A DNA stretch of 64,000 bases from an uncultured Nitrospiraceae bacterium (GTDB lineage Bacteria; Nitrospirota; Thermodesulfovibrionia; Thermodesulfovibrionales; Dissulfurispiraceae): assembly GCA_963727805.1 (NCBI GenBank), contig CAVSHF010000003.1, positions 1,184,001-1,248,000 of the forward strand. The letters run 5' to 3'. This document shows, in pieces, positions 40,196-50,423 of the stretch. The number at the start of each line of letters is the position of its first letter. Position 1 is the first letter of the stretch. A program made the translations under genes and the position numbers. Below the pieces are notes generated by a model, which made no database searches, was not told where the DNA came from, and worked only from the letters and a program-made list of their open reading frames with translations.

Positions 40196-41266
40196 ATGGA
40201 ATTCACGCCGAAATGGATAGCCTGGGAAATAACGCGTAGGTGCAATCTTCACTGTGTTCATTGTCGCTCTTCATCGGAGATGGTCGTCAAGGAGCATCCC
40301 GATTTCCCGACTAAGGAGGCCTATCGCATGCTCGACGATATTTCGAGTTATGCGAACCCAGTCGTAGTGCTTTCAGGGGGCGAGCCCCTTCTGAGGGGCG
40401 ATGTTTTTGACATCGCCAAGTACGGGACCGAGAAGGGCCTCAGGATGTGCATGGCGACAAATGGAAGCCTTGTGACTGATGATGTCTGCGAAAAGATAAA
40501 GACATCGGGTATTAAGATCGTGTCGATGAGCCTCGATGGGGCATCACCGGAGGTCCACGATGATTTCAGGAATGAGAAGGGTGCCTTTGCTGCAGTAATG
40601 CACGCTGCAGCACTCTTCAAAAAATATGGCATCGAGTTCATCATCAACTCTTCTTTCACCAAAAGAAACGAGGAAGAGATTCCTAAGGTATATAAGCTCG
40701 CCAAAGAGATCGGCGCGACCGCCTGGTATTTGTTCATGATCGTTCCCACCGGCCGGGGAGAGGAGATCATGAATGAACTCATAACCAAGGAACATTATGA
40801 AGATATTCTCGATTGGCACTATGGGATGGAAAAGGACGAACTTGAAATGCTGGTGCGGCCTACCTGCGCACCCCACTATTACCGCATAGTGCTTCAGAAG
40901 GCAAAAGAGGAAGGCGAAAAATTCGAGAGACGGACTCTTAAATTCTCGACAGGTGGATCAAAGGGATGCCTCGCTGGACAACTCATCTGCCTGATTGACG
41001 TGGATGGCAATGTCCTGCCATGCAGCTATTTTCCCAAGCCTGCAGGGAATATGCAAACACAATCATTCATGGATATCTGGGAGAATTCCACACTCTTCCG
41101 GGAGCTAAGAGATTTCAAAAGTTACAAAGGCAAATGCGGCGCATGCGAATACGTGAATGTATGCGGCGGATGCAGGGCCCGGGCTTATGCGGTCCATGGT
41201 GACTATCTTGCTGAAGAACCCTTTTGTAATTATATTCCACGCCGGGCGAAAAAGGAGGCTCAGTGA
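40196..41266 (+). CDS. AhbD/NirJ-like radical SAM/SPASM heme biosynthesis enzyme
   Basis: [35 protein letters not shown]; overlaps hemE. Confidence 0.8.
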   Translation: MEFTPKWIAWEITRRCNLHCVHCRSSSEMVVKEHPDFPTKEAYRMLDDISSYANPVVVLSGGEPLLRGDVFDIAKYGTEKGLRMCMATNGSLVTDDVCEKIKTSGIKIVSMSLDGASPEVHDDFRNEKGAFAAVMHAAALFKKYGIEFIINSSFTKRNEEEIPKVYKLAKEIGATAWYLFMIVPTGRGEEIMNELITKEHYEDILDWHYGMEKDELEMLVRPTCAPHYYRIVLQKAKEEGEKFERRTLKFSTGGSKGCLAGQLICLIDVDGNVLPCSYFPKPAGNMQTQSFMDIWENSTLFRELRDFKSYKGKCGACEYVNVCGGCRARAYAVHGDYLAEEPFCNYIPRRAKKEAQ

Positions 41267-42288
41267 ACGATACTTTTTTAAAAGCCTGTCGGGGCGAAAG
41301 AACTGACTATACTCCAGTATGGATCATGAGACAGGCAGGCAGATATCTGCCTGAATACCGGAAGATAAGGGAAAAAGTCGATTTCCTCACACTCTGCAAG
41401 ACGCCTGAACTCGCCGCCGCAGTGACTCTCCAGCCGGTGGACATCTTGAAAGTCGATGCTGCAATTCTTTTCTCGGATATTCTTATTCCTATAGAGCCCA
41501 TGGGGATCAAGCTCGAGTTCTCGGAAGCAAAAGGTCCGATACTCTATAATCCCGTCAGGGACGAGCCATCGCTTTTAAGGCTGCGCAATATAGACCCGGA
41601 TGACGATGTCCCCTTTGTCGCTGAGACGATCAAGCTTTTGCTGAAACAGCTCAAAGTACCGCTAATCGGCTTTTCGGGAGCGCCTTTCACACTTGCTACA
41701 TATATGATCGAAGGCGGGAGCACGAAGAATTTCCTCAACTCGAAAAAGATGATGTATCAAAATCCCTTACTCTTTCATAAACTCATGGACAAGCTCACCG
41801 TTACGGTAATCAGCTATCTCGCGGCCCAGATCGATGCTGGCGTAAGTGCGGTACAGATCTTTGATTCATGGGTCGGGTCCCTCTCTCCGCTCGATTTCAA
41901 GCTCTTTGCATTACCGTATGTACAGAAAATTATAACCGCTTTACATGCCAGGGTCCCGATCATCTACTTTGCCTTTAATGGAAGTGCCATGCTCCCGCTT
42001 GTGAAAGAGAGCGGGGCTGATGTCATCGGGCTCGACTGGCGTATAGATATCGCCGATGCGGTCAATACCCTTGGCGCAGGCTGCTCGGTCCAAGGGAACC
42101 TCGACCCCTGTATCCTGTTCGGCACCCGCGATCTCATAAGAGAGCGAGCATCCCACATTCTCAAGGGCGCCAAAAATGCGCGAAGTCATATTTTCAATCT
42201 CGGCCATGGTATCCTGCCCGAGACTCCCGTGGGGAATGCGGTCTCAGTGGTTGAGTCCGTTCACGAACTAAGCTCGAAAGAGAGATAA
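41263..42288 (+). CDS. hemE: Uroporphyrinogen decarboxylase
   Basis: [24 protein letters not shown]. Confidence 0.96.
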   Translation: MNDTFLKACRGERTDYTPVWIMRQAGRYLPEYRKIREKVDFLTLCKTPELAAAVTLQPVDILKVDAAILFSDILIPIEPMGIKLEFSEAKGPILYNPVRDEPSLLRLRNIDPDDDVPFVAETIKLLLKQLKVPLIGFSGAPFTLATYMIEGGSTKNFLNSKKMMYQNPLLFHKLMDKLTVTVISYLAAQIDAGVSAVQIFDSWVGSLSPLDFKLFALPYVQKIITALHARVPIIYFAFNGSAMLPLVKESGADVIGLDWRIDIADAVNTLGAGCSVQGNLDPCILFGTRDLIRERASHILKGAKNARSHIFNLGHGILPETPVGNAVSVVESVHELSSKER

Positions 42289-42294
42289 AATCGC

Positions 42295-42942
42295 ATGCTT
42301 AACCTTGGCGTTCTTGCATCAGGCCGTGGCTCTAATTTCCAGTCTATAATCGATGAAATAGAGGCAGGCAATCTTAAGGCCTCGATCAGGCTTTTGATAA
42401 CCGATAACCCTGATGCGTATGTCATCGATCGCGCAAAAAGGCATTCTGTCGAATACTTATATCTCAACCCCTGTGACTTCACTTTGAAGGACGACTTCTA
42501 TGTGAAAATCGCCGACGAACTAAAAAAGTGGGATGTGGACCTTGTTATCCTCGCTGGCTTCATGAGGATCGTAAGAAAGCCGCTGATCGATGCTTTCCCA
42601 AACAGGATTATGAACATCCATCCTTCCCTGTTGCCCTCGTTCAAAGGGCTTCACGGGCAGAAACAGGTAGTCGACTACGGCGTTAGGATCAGCGGATGCA
42701 CCGTACACTTTGTCGATGGTGGCATGGATACCGGACCGATCATCATTCAGGCGGCAATTCCTGTCTCGCCGGATGACACTGAGGATACCCTTTCCGAAAG
42801 GACACTTAAACTCGAGCACAAAATATTCCCGTATGCCATCAGACTCTATTCTGAAGGACGGCTCTCCGTAGAGGGCAGGACTGTCAAGATCAAGGGTTAC
42901 GAACCCAAGGAAAATTTCATTATCAACCCGGCCCTTTCATAG
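42295..42942 (+). CDS. purN: Phosphoribosylglycinamide formyltransferase
   Basis: SGRGSNF, NIHPSLLP, GCTVHFV. Confidence 0.95.
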   Translation: MLNLGVLASGRGSNFQSIIDEIEAGNLKASIRLLITDNPDAYVIDRAKRHSVEYLYLNPCDFTLKDDFYVKIADELKKWDVDLVILAGFMRIVRKPLIDAFPNRIMNIHPSLLPSFKGLHGQKQVVDYGVRISGCTVHFVDGGMDTGPIIIQAAIPVSPDDTEDTLSERTLKLEHKIFPYAIRLYSEGRLSVEGRTVKIKGYEPKENFIINPALS

Positions 42943-42948
42943 AAACCA

Positions 42949-43554
42949 ATGAGAATATCTGGCGGCACTGCAAAAGGAAGAAAGGTCGGCACACGGAAGG
43001 CCTTTGTCGGTAAAGGTGGCAACGACGAACTGAGGCCGACTGCCGCTAAAGTCCGCGAAGCCATCTTCGACATCATGAGCGAAAGGGTAGTTGGAAGCCG
43101 GTTTGTTGACCTTTATGCCGGTACGGGTGCGGTTGGGATCGAGGCATTAAGTAGGGAAGCCGATCATGTCGTCCTGGTTGAAAATAATGCTACACGAGTA
43201 GCGATAATCAGGGATCTGATCGGTAAATTCGGATTCACTGGACGGGCCTCGGTTGTAAAGACCACAGTTGCTTCATTCCTTAACAAAACCGCCCTTGAGG
43301 CTTACGACATCATTTTTCTAGACCCCCCCTATACTTCTGATGAACTGGACCGGATTCTGCCACTTATCGACAAATCGAAACTGTTGGCAGACGATGGGAT
43401 TGTTATCGTTGAACATTCATCGAAGAAGACTTTGTCGTTTCCTCTGACGAACCTTAAGTGGAAAAAAAACTACCGTTACGGCGATGCATCCCTGACGCTC
43501 TATGAATACATAGCCAGTCCTCCCCTTAGTTTGAGGGAAGGTGAGCGAGGCTAA
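42949..43554 (+). CDS. rsmD: 16S rRNA m2G966 methyltransferase
   Basis: MRISGG, RPT, DLYAGTG, DPPY; adjacent to coaD. Confidence 0.92.
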   Translation: MRISGGTAKGRKVGTRKAFVGKGGNDELRPTAAKVREAIFDIMSERVVGSRFVDLYAGTGAVGIEALSREADHVVLVENNATRVAIIRDLIGKFGFTGRASVVKTTVASFLNKTALEAYDIIFLDPPYTSDELDRILPLIDKSKLLADDGIVIVEHSSKKTLSFPLTNLKWKKNYRYGDASLTLYEYIASPPLSLREGERG

Positions 43555-43588
43555 TCGATCTTACTCCATAACAGGAAAGGAAAAGTCC

Positions 43589-44104
43589 ATGAGAAAGAAG
43601 CTCGCCATCTATCCCGGAACATTCGATCCCATTACCAACGGACACCTTGATCTTATTGAGAGAGGATTGCGGATTTTTGACGAGTTGGTCGTCGCGGTCG
43701 CCCCGAGCACCAAAAAGCAGCCTCTCTTTGACCTTTCGGAGAGAATATCAATGATCAGGGACGCCGTCAAGAAATATAAGAATGTGAGGGTTGATTCTTT
43801 TCATGGTCTGCTCGTTGAGTTCGCGCGGGAAAGACGAGGGATTGCGCTCATCAGGGGATTAAGGGCAGTTTCTGATTTTGATTACGAGCTGCAGATAGCG
43901 CTTATGAACCGTCGCCTCGATGTGAACGTTGAGACGGTCTTTCTAATGCCCTCTGAGGAATATTCCTTCCTAAGTTCCACCATCGTTAAAGAGGTCGCCT
44001 CTTTCGGTGGTTCGATAGCCGGCCTCGTGCCCGAGGCGGTCGAGGTTGCCTTACGCGAAAAATACAATATGCTTGAAAATATGGCCGAGGAAGACGGCGG
44101 ATGA
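43589..44104 (+). CDS. coaD: Phosphopantetheine adenylyltransferase
   Basis: YPGTFDPITNGH, RGLRAVSDF; start set at ATG 43589. Confidence 0.96.
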   Translation: MRKKLAIYPGTFDPITNGHLDLIERGLRIFDELVVAVAPSTKKQPLFDLSERISMIRDAVKKYKNVRVDSFHGLLVEFARERRGIALIRGLRAVSDFDYELQIALMNRRLDVNVETVFLMPSEEYSFLSSTIVKEVASFGGSIAGLVPEAVEVALREKYNMLENMAEEDGG

Positions 44105-44113
44105 GACAGAGGG

Positions 44114-45940
44114 CTAATCGATCTTCTTCAGCTTCTTAGCCAGGGCTATAGTTTCCCCCAGAAGTACGTCTACCTCATCAAGCCCCTTCCCCCAGAAACC
44201 GGCGTCTCCTATATCGATACCCAGATTACCAAATATATTTTTGGGCGAATCGGATAGTCCCGCCGATAGAAAGACTTTTACGTTGCCGATGAATTTCTGG
44301 TCCTTTTTGACATCGCTCTGGAGCGACTTGGAGATCAAAAGTCCACTTGCGTAAGAATAGACATAGAAGAATGACCGTATGTGCCCCCAATAAATCCACC
44401 AGTTCTCAGAGCCTCGAGACTTCTCGACGTGATCTCCCATATAGCTCGCCATATGGTTCTGAAATATTCCGCCAATATCCTCACTCGATAAATACCCCTT
44501 CTTCCTGAACTTCTCATGAAGTTCCTGTTCAAAGCGATAGCAGGCGACCTGCCTGAAGATCGTCGAAACGTCATCATTCAGTTTGTTCACCATCAGAGCA
44601 AGTCTCAATTCTTCGTCAGCCTCTTTCAGTATCTCTTGAAGTACAAAATCCTCCATGAACGTACTCGCCACTTCAGCAGTCGAAAGGGACGTGCCGAAAT
44701 AGAGGGAATGCTGCCTCTTCCGAATGAGCTCGTTATTGATGCCGTGCCCCACTTCATGTGCCAAGGTCAACACATCGTTTAGAGTATCAGTGTGATTCAG
44801 AAGGATATAAGTTGGGTGAGATATCAGGTGGTGGGCGCAGAAGGCCCCGCTCGACTTACCTTTTCTAGGGAAAACATCAAACTGCCCATTTTTTAGGAAG
44901 GAAGCGAATATCAGAACAAACTCGCTGTCAAGCCTTGCAAAGACTTTTCTGATGAGTTCGACTGCATTCCAGAAAACGAATTTCCTGTCAGCCATTCCGT
45001 ATTCAACGTTCCGCTCATGATACTTCAATTTCTTAACTTTCAGGAGCTTAGCCTTAAACTCGTAAAAACGGACGGGGATATCGAACCTCCTGACTACCGC
45101 CCCAATCAGGGAATCGACCACCGCACTCTCCATATCGTCGCTGATATGCCGAGCAAGATCCGGTCTGGCTATTTTTCTTAACTCGTCGTCCGTCTTTTTA
45201 TTTGCCAGAATTGCATTGATCTCAGCCTCGGCGACAGCGGCATGCTTTGCAAGGATATTGTTGAAGGCTCTAGCCGCCGAATCCCTTACCGCCTTGTTTC
45301 TGCTATTCATGAGGCTCAGTATCTCCGAAAAGGTCTTCCGGGACTTCGCCCCGTCTTCCAAAAGCACGCTTCTTTCTTCCCTGACGAGAAAGCCGGAGGT
45401 CATCTTTACCCAGTTATAGTGAGAGGTCGACGACTTGAGGCTCATGATCTTCTCTTCAGCTTCGCTCAGCAGATATCTCGACTCGGCAAAGGCCCTTTCT
45501 ATAAAATGCCGGTAGTTGGCAAGGCTGGGGTGTTCGAGAAACATCTTCTGTCTGCTTCTCGGGACCTTGCACAAACGCAGATAAAAAAAGCGCATATCAT
45601 TTTCTATCTTTTTGCCGAATTCTTCAATCTTGTTATATTTGGCTTTAAGCTCCGCGGAATTCTGGTCCTGCTGGGTCCGGAGCCAGAAATAATAACCTTC
45701 GTCGCCGTCAGCACCGAGGCGGCGCATCCATCGCTCGTATTCGTCGAGTGCCTGACTGAGGATTACAGGATCTTCAAGATAGTCCTTTCTGCCACGCCAT
45801 GTATCGACAAACCGGCGACTCTCCATCTCGAGTTTCTTCCTCTTCTCTTTGATTCGGGAAGAGTTATCACTCTCAAAGAGAGAAGTGAGATTCCAAACGA
45901 TATTCTTGAGATTGTTCTTCTTTCCGGCCGAAGGCTTCAT
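44114..45940 (-). CDS. pepF: M3 family oligoendopeptidase F
   Basis: GKSSGAF, HEVGH, AEVAS, FYVYSY. Confidence 0.85.
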   Translation of the reverse strand: MKPSAGKKNNLKNIVWNLTSLFESDNSSRIKEKRKKLEMESRRFVDTWRGRKDYLEDPVILSQALDEYERWMRRLGADGDEGYYFWLRTQQDQNSAELKAKYNKIEEFGKKIENDMRFFYLRLCKVPRSRQKMFLEHPSLANYRHFIERAFAESRYLLSEAEEKIMSLKSSTSHYNWVKMTSGFLVREERSVLLEDGAKSRKTFSEILSLMNSRNKAVRDSAARAFNNILAKHAAVAEAEINAILANKKTDDELRKIARPDLARHISDDMESAVVDSLIGAVVRRFDIPVRFYEFKAKLLKVKKLKYHERNVEYGMADRKFVFWNAVELIRKVFARLDSEFVLIFASFLKNGQFDVFPRKGKSSGAFCAHHLISHPTYILLNHTDTLNDVLTLAHEVGHGINNELIRKRQHSLYFGTSLSTAEVASTFMEDFVLQEILKEADEELRLALMVNKLNDDVSTIFRQVACYRFEQELHEKFRKKGYLSSEDIGGIFQNHMASYMGDHVEKSRGSENWWIYWGHIRSFFYVYSYASGLLISKSLQSDVKKDQKFIGNVKVFLSAGLSDSPKNIFGNLGIDIGDAGFWGKGLDEVDVLLGETIALAKKLKKID

Positions 45941-45946
45941 TGGGTG

Positions 45947-47842
45947 CTAATCCTTCAAGGCTGTAGCCATAAGTTTTGAAAGCGCCCTGGAAAACGCAGC
46001 AGGGTCCTTCGGCCGTGAGCCTTCCATCACCAATGCCTGATCATAAAGCAGGCCGGAATATTCTCCGAGCAATACAGTTCCCCCCTCTTTGTCGAAGATC
46101 CCGCTCATCGCTTCGAAAAGAGGATGGTCCGGGTTGATTTCAAGTATCCGCTTTCCCGATGGGACTTCCTGCCCCATCGCTTTCAGGAACTTTTCCATCC
46201 GCGGATCGACGTCCCCTTCGTCGGATACAAGACAGCAGGCCGAGTCCTTCAATCGTCCCGAAAGCCTCACGTCTTTTACATCTTCCTTAAGCTGTTCCCT
46301 GATGAATTCAATGAGCTTGCCGTATTTCTTCTTCTCTTCGTCTTTTGATTGCTTACCAAGCTGTATGTCACCCCTCAAAACCGATTTAAGCTTTTTGCCC
46401 TTGTACTCAAAACCCGAGAAGATCAGATCATCGATATCATCGAGCATGAAGAGGACCTCAAAGTCTTTGTCCCTAAATGCCTCGAGATGGGGGGACTTCA
46501 TCGCTTCTTCGCGTGAACCTCCCCCGATGTAATAAATGTCCTCCTGCCCCTCTTTCATGCCCTGCAAATATGAATCAAATGTCGTATAAGCATCTGCCCC
46601 TGTCTTGGTGGACTGGAAAAGAAGCACTTCCGCTATCGCCTCGCGCCGCACAAAATCTATATGTATGCCCTCCTTCAGGACCCTGCCGAACTCTTTATAG
46701 AACTTCACAAAGCTGTCGTAGTCATTCGTCTTCATCTCGCCCAAAAGGTCCAGAACCTTTTTCGTGATGTTCTTTTTAATAATCTCCACCTGGCTATTGT
46801 TCTGGAGTACTTCCCTGGAAACATTCAAAGGCAGGTCGGAAGAATCCACCACGCCCCTGACAAAACGGAGATAAGGCGGTATCAGGTTCTCGCAGTGCTC
46901 CATTATCTTCACACGCCTTACATAGAGCGTCGGACCGATCTTATAATCCTGATAAAGTATATTAAAAGGGGCCAGAGAAGGGATGAAGAGAAGAGCGGCA
47001 AATTCGGACGTGCCCTCTGCCCTGTAATGGATCACCTTAAGGGGATCGGCGAAGTCGTGGGAGATGTGGCGATAGAATTCATTGTATTCTTCGGTGGTTA
47101 TCTCCGACTTATCCCGGAGCCAGAGTGCCTTGCGGGAATTCAGCACCTCCTCTTCCTTCACTGTTATCTTCTTTCCCTTTTCGATCGAGCTTTCCTGCTC
47201 CCTTTCGACATCCATCACAATGGAGTGTTCGATGAAATCGGAATACTTTTTTACGACACCTTTTATCTCCCATTCATCCAAGTACTTCTTGTCTTCCTCC
47301 TTGATGTGAAGGATAACATCGGTGCCTTTGCTAGCTTTCTCTGCCTCTTCTACCGTAAAGGTCCCATCTGCCGCTGATTCCCATTTTACGGCCTTCTCAC
47401 CTTTCGACCCCGCTTTTCGCGATATGACGGTGAGCCGGTCGGAGACCATAAAGGATGCATAGAACCCAACGCCGAATTGACCGATCAATTCGGGGTTTTC
47501 CTTTATCTCTTTTTCCTGGAGAAATTTTAGAAATTCGCGAGTCCCGGAATGGGCGATAGTCCCGAGTGCCTCGACCGTCTCTACCTTCGTCATGCCGATG
47601 CCATTATCACTCACAGTCAGTGTCCCGGCCTCTTTGTCGACGCTTATCTTTATTTTCCATTCATTTTCAGCTTCCAAGACGTCACTGTCGGTCAGGGACT
47701 CGTAGCGCGCCTTGTCAATGGCATCGGACGCATTGGAAATCAGTTCACGCAGGAATACTTCCTTGTGAGAATAGAGCGAATGGATCATGAGGTCAAGGAG
47801 CTGTTTGACCTCGGTTTTGAACTCCATCTTTTCTGCAGTCAT
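45947..47842 (-). CDS. htpG: Chaperone HtpG (Hsp90)
   Basis: FLRELISNASDA, DNGIGM, IGQFGVGFY, LNVSRE. Confidence 0.97.
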   Translation of the reverse strand: MTAEKMEFKTEVKQLLDLMIHSLYSHKEVFLRELISNASDAIDKARYESLTDSDVLEAENEWKIKISVDKEAGTLTVSDNGIGMTKVETVEALGTIAHSGTREFLKFLQEKEIKENPELIGQFGVGFYASFMVSDRLTVISRKAGSKGEKAVKWESAADGTFTVEEAEKASKGTDVILHIKEEDKKYLDEWEIKGVVKKYSDFIEHSIVMDVEREQESSIEKGKKITVKEEEVLNSRKALWLRDKSEITTEEYNEFYRHISHDFADPLKVIHYRAEGTSEFAALLFIPSLAPFNILYQDYKIGPTLYVRRVKIMEHCENLIPPYLRFVRGVVDSSDLPLNVSREVLQNNSQVEIIKKNITKKVLDLLGEMKTNDYDSFVKFYKEFGRVLKEGIHIDFVRREAIAEVLLFQSTKTGADAYTTFDSYLQGMKEGQEDIYYIGGGSREEAMKSPHLEAFRDKDFEVLFMLDDIDDLIFSGFEYKGKKLKSVLRGDIQLGKQSKDEEKKKYGKLIEFIREQLKEDVKDVRLSGRLKDSACCLVSDEGDVDPRMEKFLKAMGQEVPSGKRILEINPDHPLFEAMSGIFDKEGGTVLLGEYSGLLYDQALVMEGSRPKDPAAFSRALSKLMATALKD

Positions 47843-47900
47843 ATTATACACACCTCTCAATGCAGTGATTTTGTGGGCAACAAATTGCCGGATTAGCTAA

Positions 47901-48068
47901 TCAGAAATTCTGAAAAAGCGGGCGGTGGATCTTGTCCTTCTTGTCCTTTTCCTCTTTCTTCTTTTTCTTGCACCCAGAGGGACGGCACATGTTGCAACGG
48001 CTCGCGCTGCAGCACTGGCAGAACGAGCAGTCAGGACAGGGATGCTTCTTTTGTTGCTCTTCGTTCAT
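47901..48068 (-). CDS. Small Cys-rich, Lys-rich protein
   Basis: KHPCPDCSFCQCCSASRCNMC; TATAAT 7 nt before ATG 48068. Confidence 0.55.
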   Translation of the reverse strand: MNEEQQKKHPCPDCSFCQCCSASRCNMCRPSGCKKKKKEEKDKKDKIHRPLFQNF

Positions 48069-48236
48069 GATTACTATTATAACGCACTCAATACCCAAGG
48101 TAAAACCCCAATCTCTTCATCTCAGGATTTGACTCTATTTGTTCAAATCCTTTAAACTGCATGATTCCCCTTTTTAAGGATATATCGACAGGCACTATCC
48201 CTGATTGTGTCAAAAATAAATGAGAGGGTTATCTAT

Positions 48237-49724
48237 ATGGACAGCAACGAAATGATTGGCGCTGACACACCAGCCCAGGATATTGAACCGGCAGGACAGG
48301 AGAGCTTTGCCGAGCTGCTTGCAAAGAGTTCTTCGCGAAAGGCTCGGCTTACTCCGGGTGAAAGAGTTAAAGCGAAGGTCGTTGGCATATCAGGAGAAGT
48401 TGTGTACATCGACCTCGGAGGCAAAAGCGAGGGCGTTATCGATACAAGTGAATTCAGGGAAGAAAACGGAAATATTACTGTCAAAGAAGGAGATCAAGTC
48501 GAGGCCTACTTTGTTGCCGTTGTCGACGGAGCTATGAAGATGACAACTCTCGTCCGTGGCCAATCTACGGTCAAACTCGCCCAGTTTCGCGACGCCTTTG
48601 AGTCAGGAGAAGCAGTCATCGGCGAGGTCAAACGAGAGATCAAGGGGGGGTTCGAAGTTTTCATTGACGGAATAAAGAGCTTCTGCCCCTTCTCCCAAAT
48701 TGATCTGAAAGGTGGCCGCGAGGGCGGACTCTATGTCGGGCGCGCATTCCCGTTCAGGGTGATCGAATTTAAGGAAGGGGGCCGCACGATAGTCCTGTCA
48801 CGACGCGTATTACTCCGAGAAGAGAAGGCTGCTGCGGTCAACCGACTGAAGGACTCTCTTCAGATAGGAATGGTGATCGCTGGCAAGATAAGCTCATTGC
48901 AGAACTTCGGTGCCTTTGTCGACATCGGAGGTATTGAAGGGCTGATTCCGGCAAGTGAAATATCATGGGCAAAAAACAATAAACCCGGAGACTTCCTATC
49001 CATCGGTCAGGAGGTAACGGTAAAGCTGATATCAATAGACTGGGAAAAGAACCGATTGACACTGAGTTTGAAGTCAATGCAGCCCGACCCATGGGAAGGT
49101 ATCTCGGAAAGATATCCGGCGGGGAGTAAGGTGGCAGGCCCCATAGTCCGCCTGACGCCGTTTGGAGCGTTTGTTAATCTCGAGGCAGGGATAGACGGAT
49201 TGATCCACCTCTCTAATCTCGGGACCGGCAAGCGCATCAACCATCCCAAAGAAGCGGTAGAAACAGGGCAAATAATTGAAGCCTACGTGCTGTCAGTTGA
49301 TCCTCAGTCACGGAAAATCTCCCTCTCGGTACAGCCAAAATCTGCACCAAAGACGATCACCTATCCCTCCGCTGGGGAAGTTATCGATGGAGAAGTAGAC
49401 AAGGTTATGCCTTTCGGTATTTTTGTCAAAATCGGCGATGGCGTTACCGGCCTCGTTCCCAATTCTGAAATGGGTACACCGCGTGGCACTGACCATACAA
49501 AAACTTTTTTCAAGGGAAATATCATGAAAGTCCTCGTCCTTGATGTCGATCCTGAAAACACCAGGGTTACCCTCAGCAGAAAAGGGGTACTTCATAAAGA
49601 AGAAGAGGATGATCTCAAGAGCTACCGCGATGCATCGGCTAAAGTATCGAAATCGGAAAGCGGCCTGAGCAGCTTTGGAGAACTCTTGAAAGCCCGTCTT
49701 GAAGAAAAAGGACTTAAAGGCTGA
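48237..49724 (+). CDS. rpsA: 30S ribosomal protein S1 or S1 paralogue (5 S1 repeats)
   Basis: Repeated FGAFV...EGLI/DGLIH S1 motifs; ATG 48237 follows GAGAGG. Confidence 0.8.
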   Translation: MDSNEMIGADTPAQDIEPAGQESFAELLAKSSSRKARLTPGERVKAKVVGISGEVVYIDLGGKSEGVIDTSEFREENGNITVKEGDQVEAYFVAVVDGAMKMTTLVRGQSTVKLAQFRDAFESGEAVIGEVKREIKGGFEVFIDGIKSFCPFSQIDLKGGREGGLYVGRAFPFRVIEFKEGGRTIVLSRRVLLREEKAAAVNRLKDSLQIGMVIAGKISSLQNFGAFVDIGGIEGLIPASEISWAKNNKPGDFLSIGQEVTVKLISIDWEKNRLTLSLKSMQPDPWEGISERYPAGSKVAGPIVRLTPFGAFVNLEAGIDGLIHLSNLGTGKRINHPKEAVETGQIIEAYVLSVDPQSRKISLSVQPKSAPKTITYPSAGEVIDGEVDKVMPFGIFVKIGDGVTGLVPNSEMGTPRGTDHTKTFFKGNIMKVLVLDVDPENTRVTLSRKGVLHKEEEDDLKSYRDASAKVSKSESGLSSFGELLKARLEEKGLKG

Positions 49725-49812
49725 ATTTTAGCATCCACCTATCTATAGTCATCATATTATCGGAAATAACTATTAGATATAATTCGCCCGTTACGGTTAA
49801 TTTATCAGTATT

Positions 49813-50421
49813 ATGGAAAGTGTAACCGTAACATCTATTGACGCCAGGGGCATTGCCTGTCCCAAGCCCGTGATAATGGCAGAGGAAGCCCTCGCAAAAG
49901 TCAGCGATGGAACGGTTGAGATTCTTGTGGACAATGAGGCATCCGTCGCAAACCTCAAGCGGTTCTCTACAAAGTGCGGCTTCTATGCCGAATCTGCAAA
50001 GGAAGAGAAATACTGGCGCGTCAGGATTGTCAAAGGTTACGTCTGTGATGTCCCGTTGGCCAAAGACTCCCCAAAAGGACTCGAAAAAGACATCCTTGTC
50101 ATTATCGCCTCAGATACGATGGGGAAGGTTGAAGAACTTGGCACGATCCTCATGAAGGGTTATTTCGAGACCATCAAGGTCACGAAGGAGCTTCCCCACA
50201 CCATTATATTTCTCAACGCCGGCGTGAGACTTACTACGGTCAGCGACGAATTCATCCCCCTTCTGAAAGAGATCGAATCAATGGGGGTCGAGATTTTCAC
50301 CTGTGGCACCTGCCTCAAGTATTTCGGTCTTGAATCCGAGCTCAAAGTCGGCTACCGCGGCACAACTAACCATATTGTCGAAGGGATGAAAGAGTTCAGA
50401 AAAACGATCTGGGTTGGATAG
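49813..50421 (+). CDS. yedF: YedF-like sulfur/selenium transferase (TusA + DsrE domains)
   Basis: IDARGIACPKPVI, FLNAGV, CGTCL. Confidence 0.8.
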   Translation: MESVTVTSIDARGIACPKPVIMAEEALAKVSDGTVEILVDNEASVANLKRFSTKCGFYAESAKEEKYWRVRIVKGYVCDVPLAKDSPKGLEKDILVIIASDTMGKVEELGTILMKGYFETIKVTKELPHTIIFLNAGVRLTTVSDEFIPLLKEIESMGVEIFTCGTCLKYFGLESELKVGYRGTTNHIVEGMKEFRKTIWVG

Positions 50422-50423
50422 AG

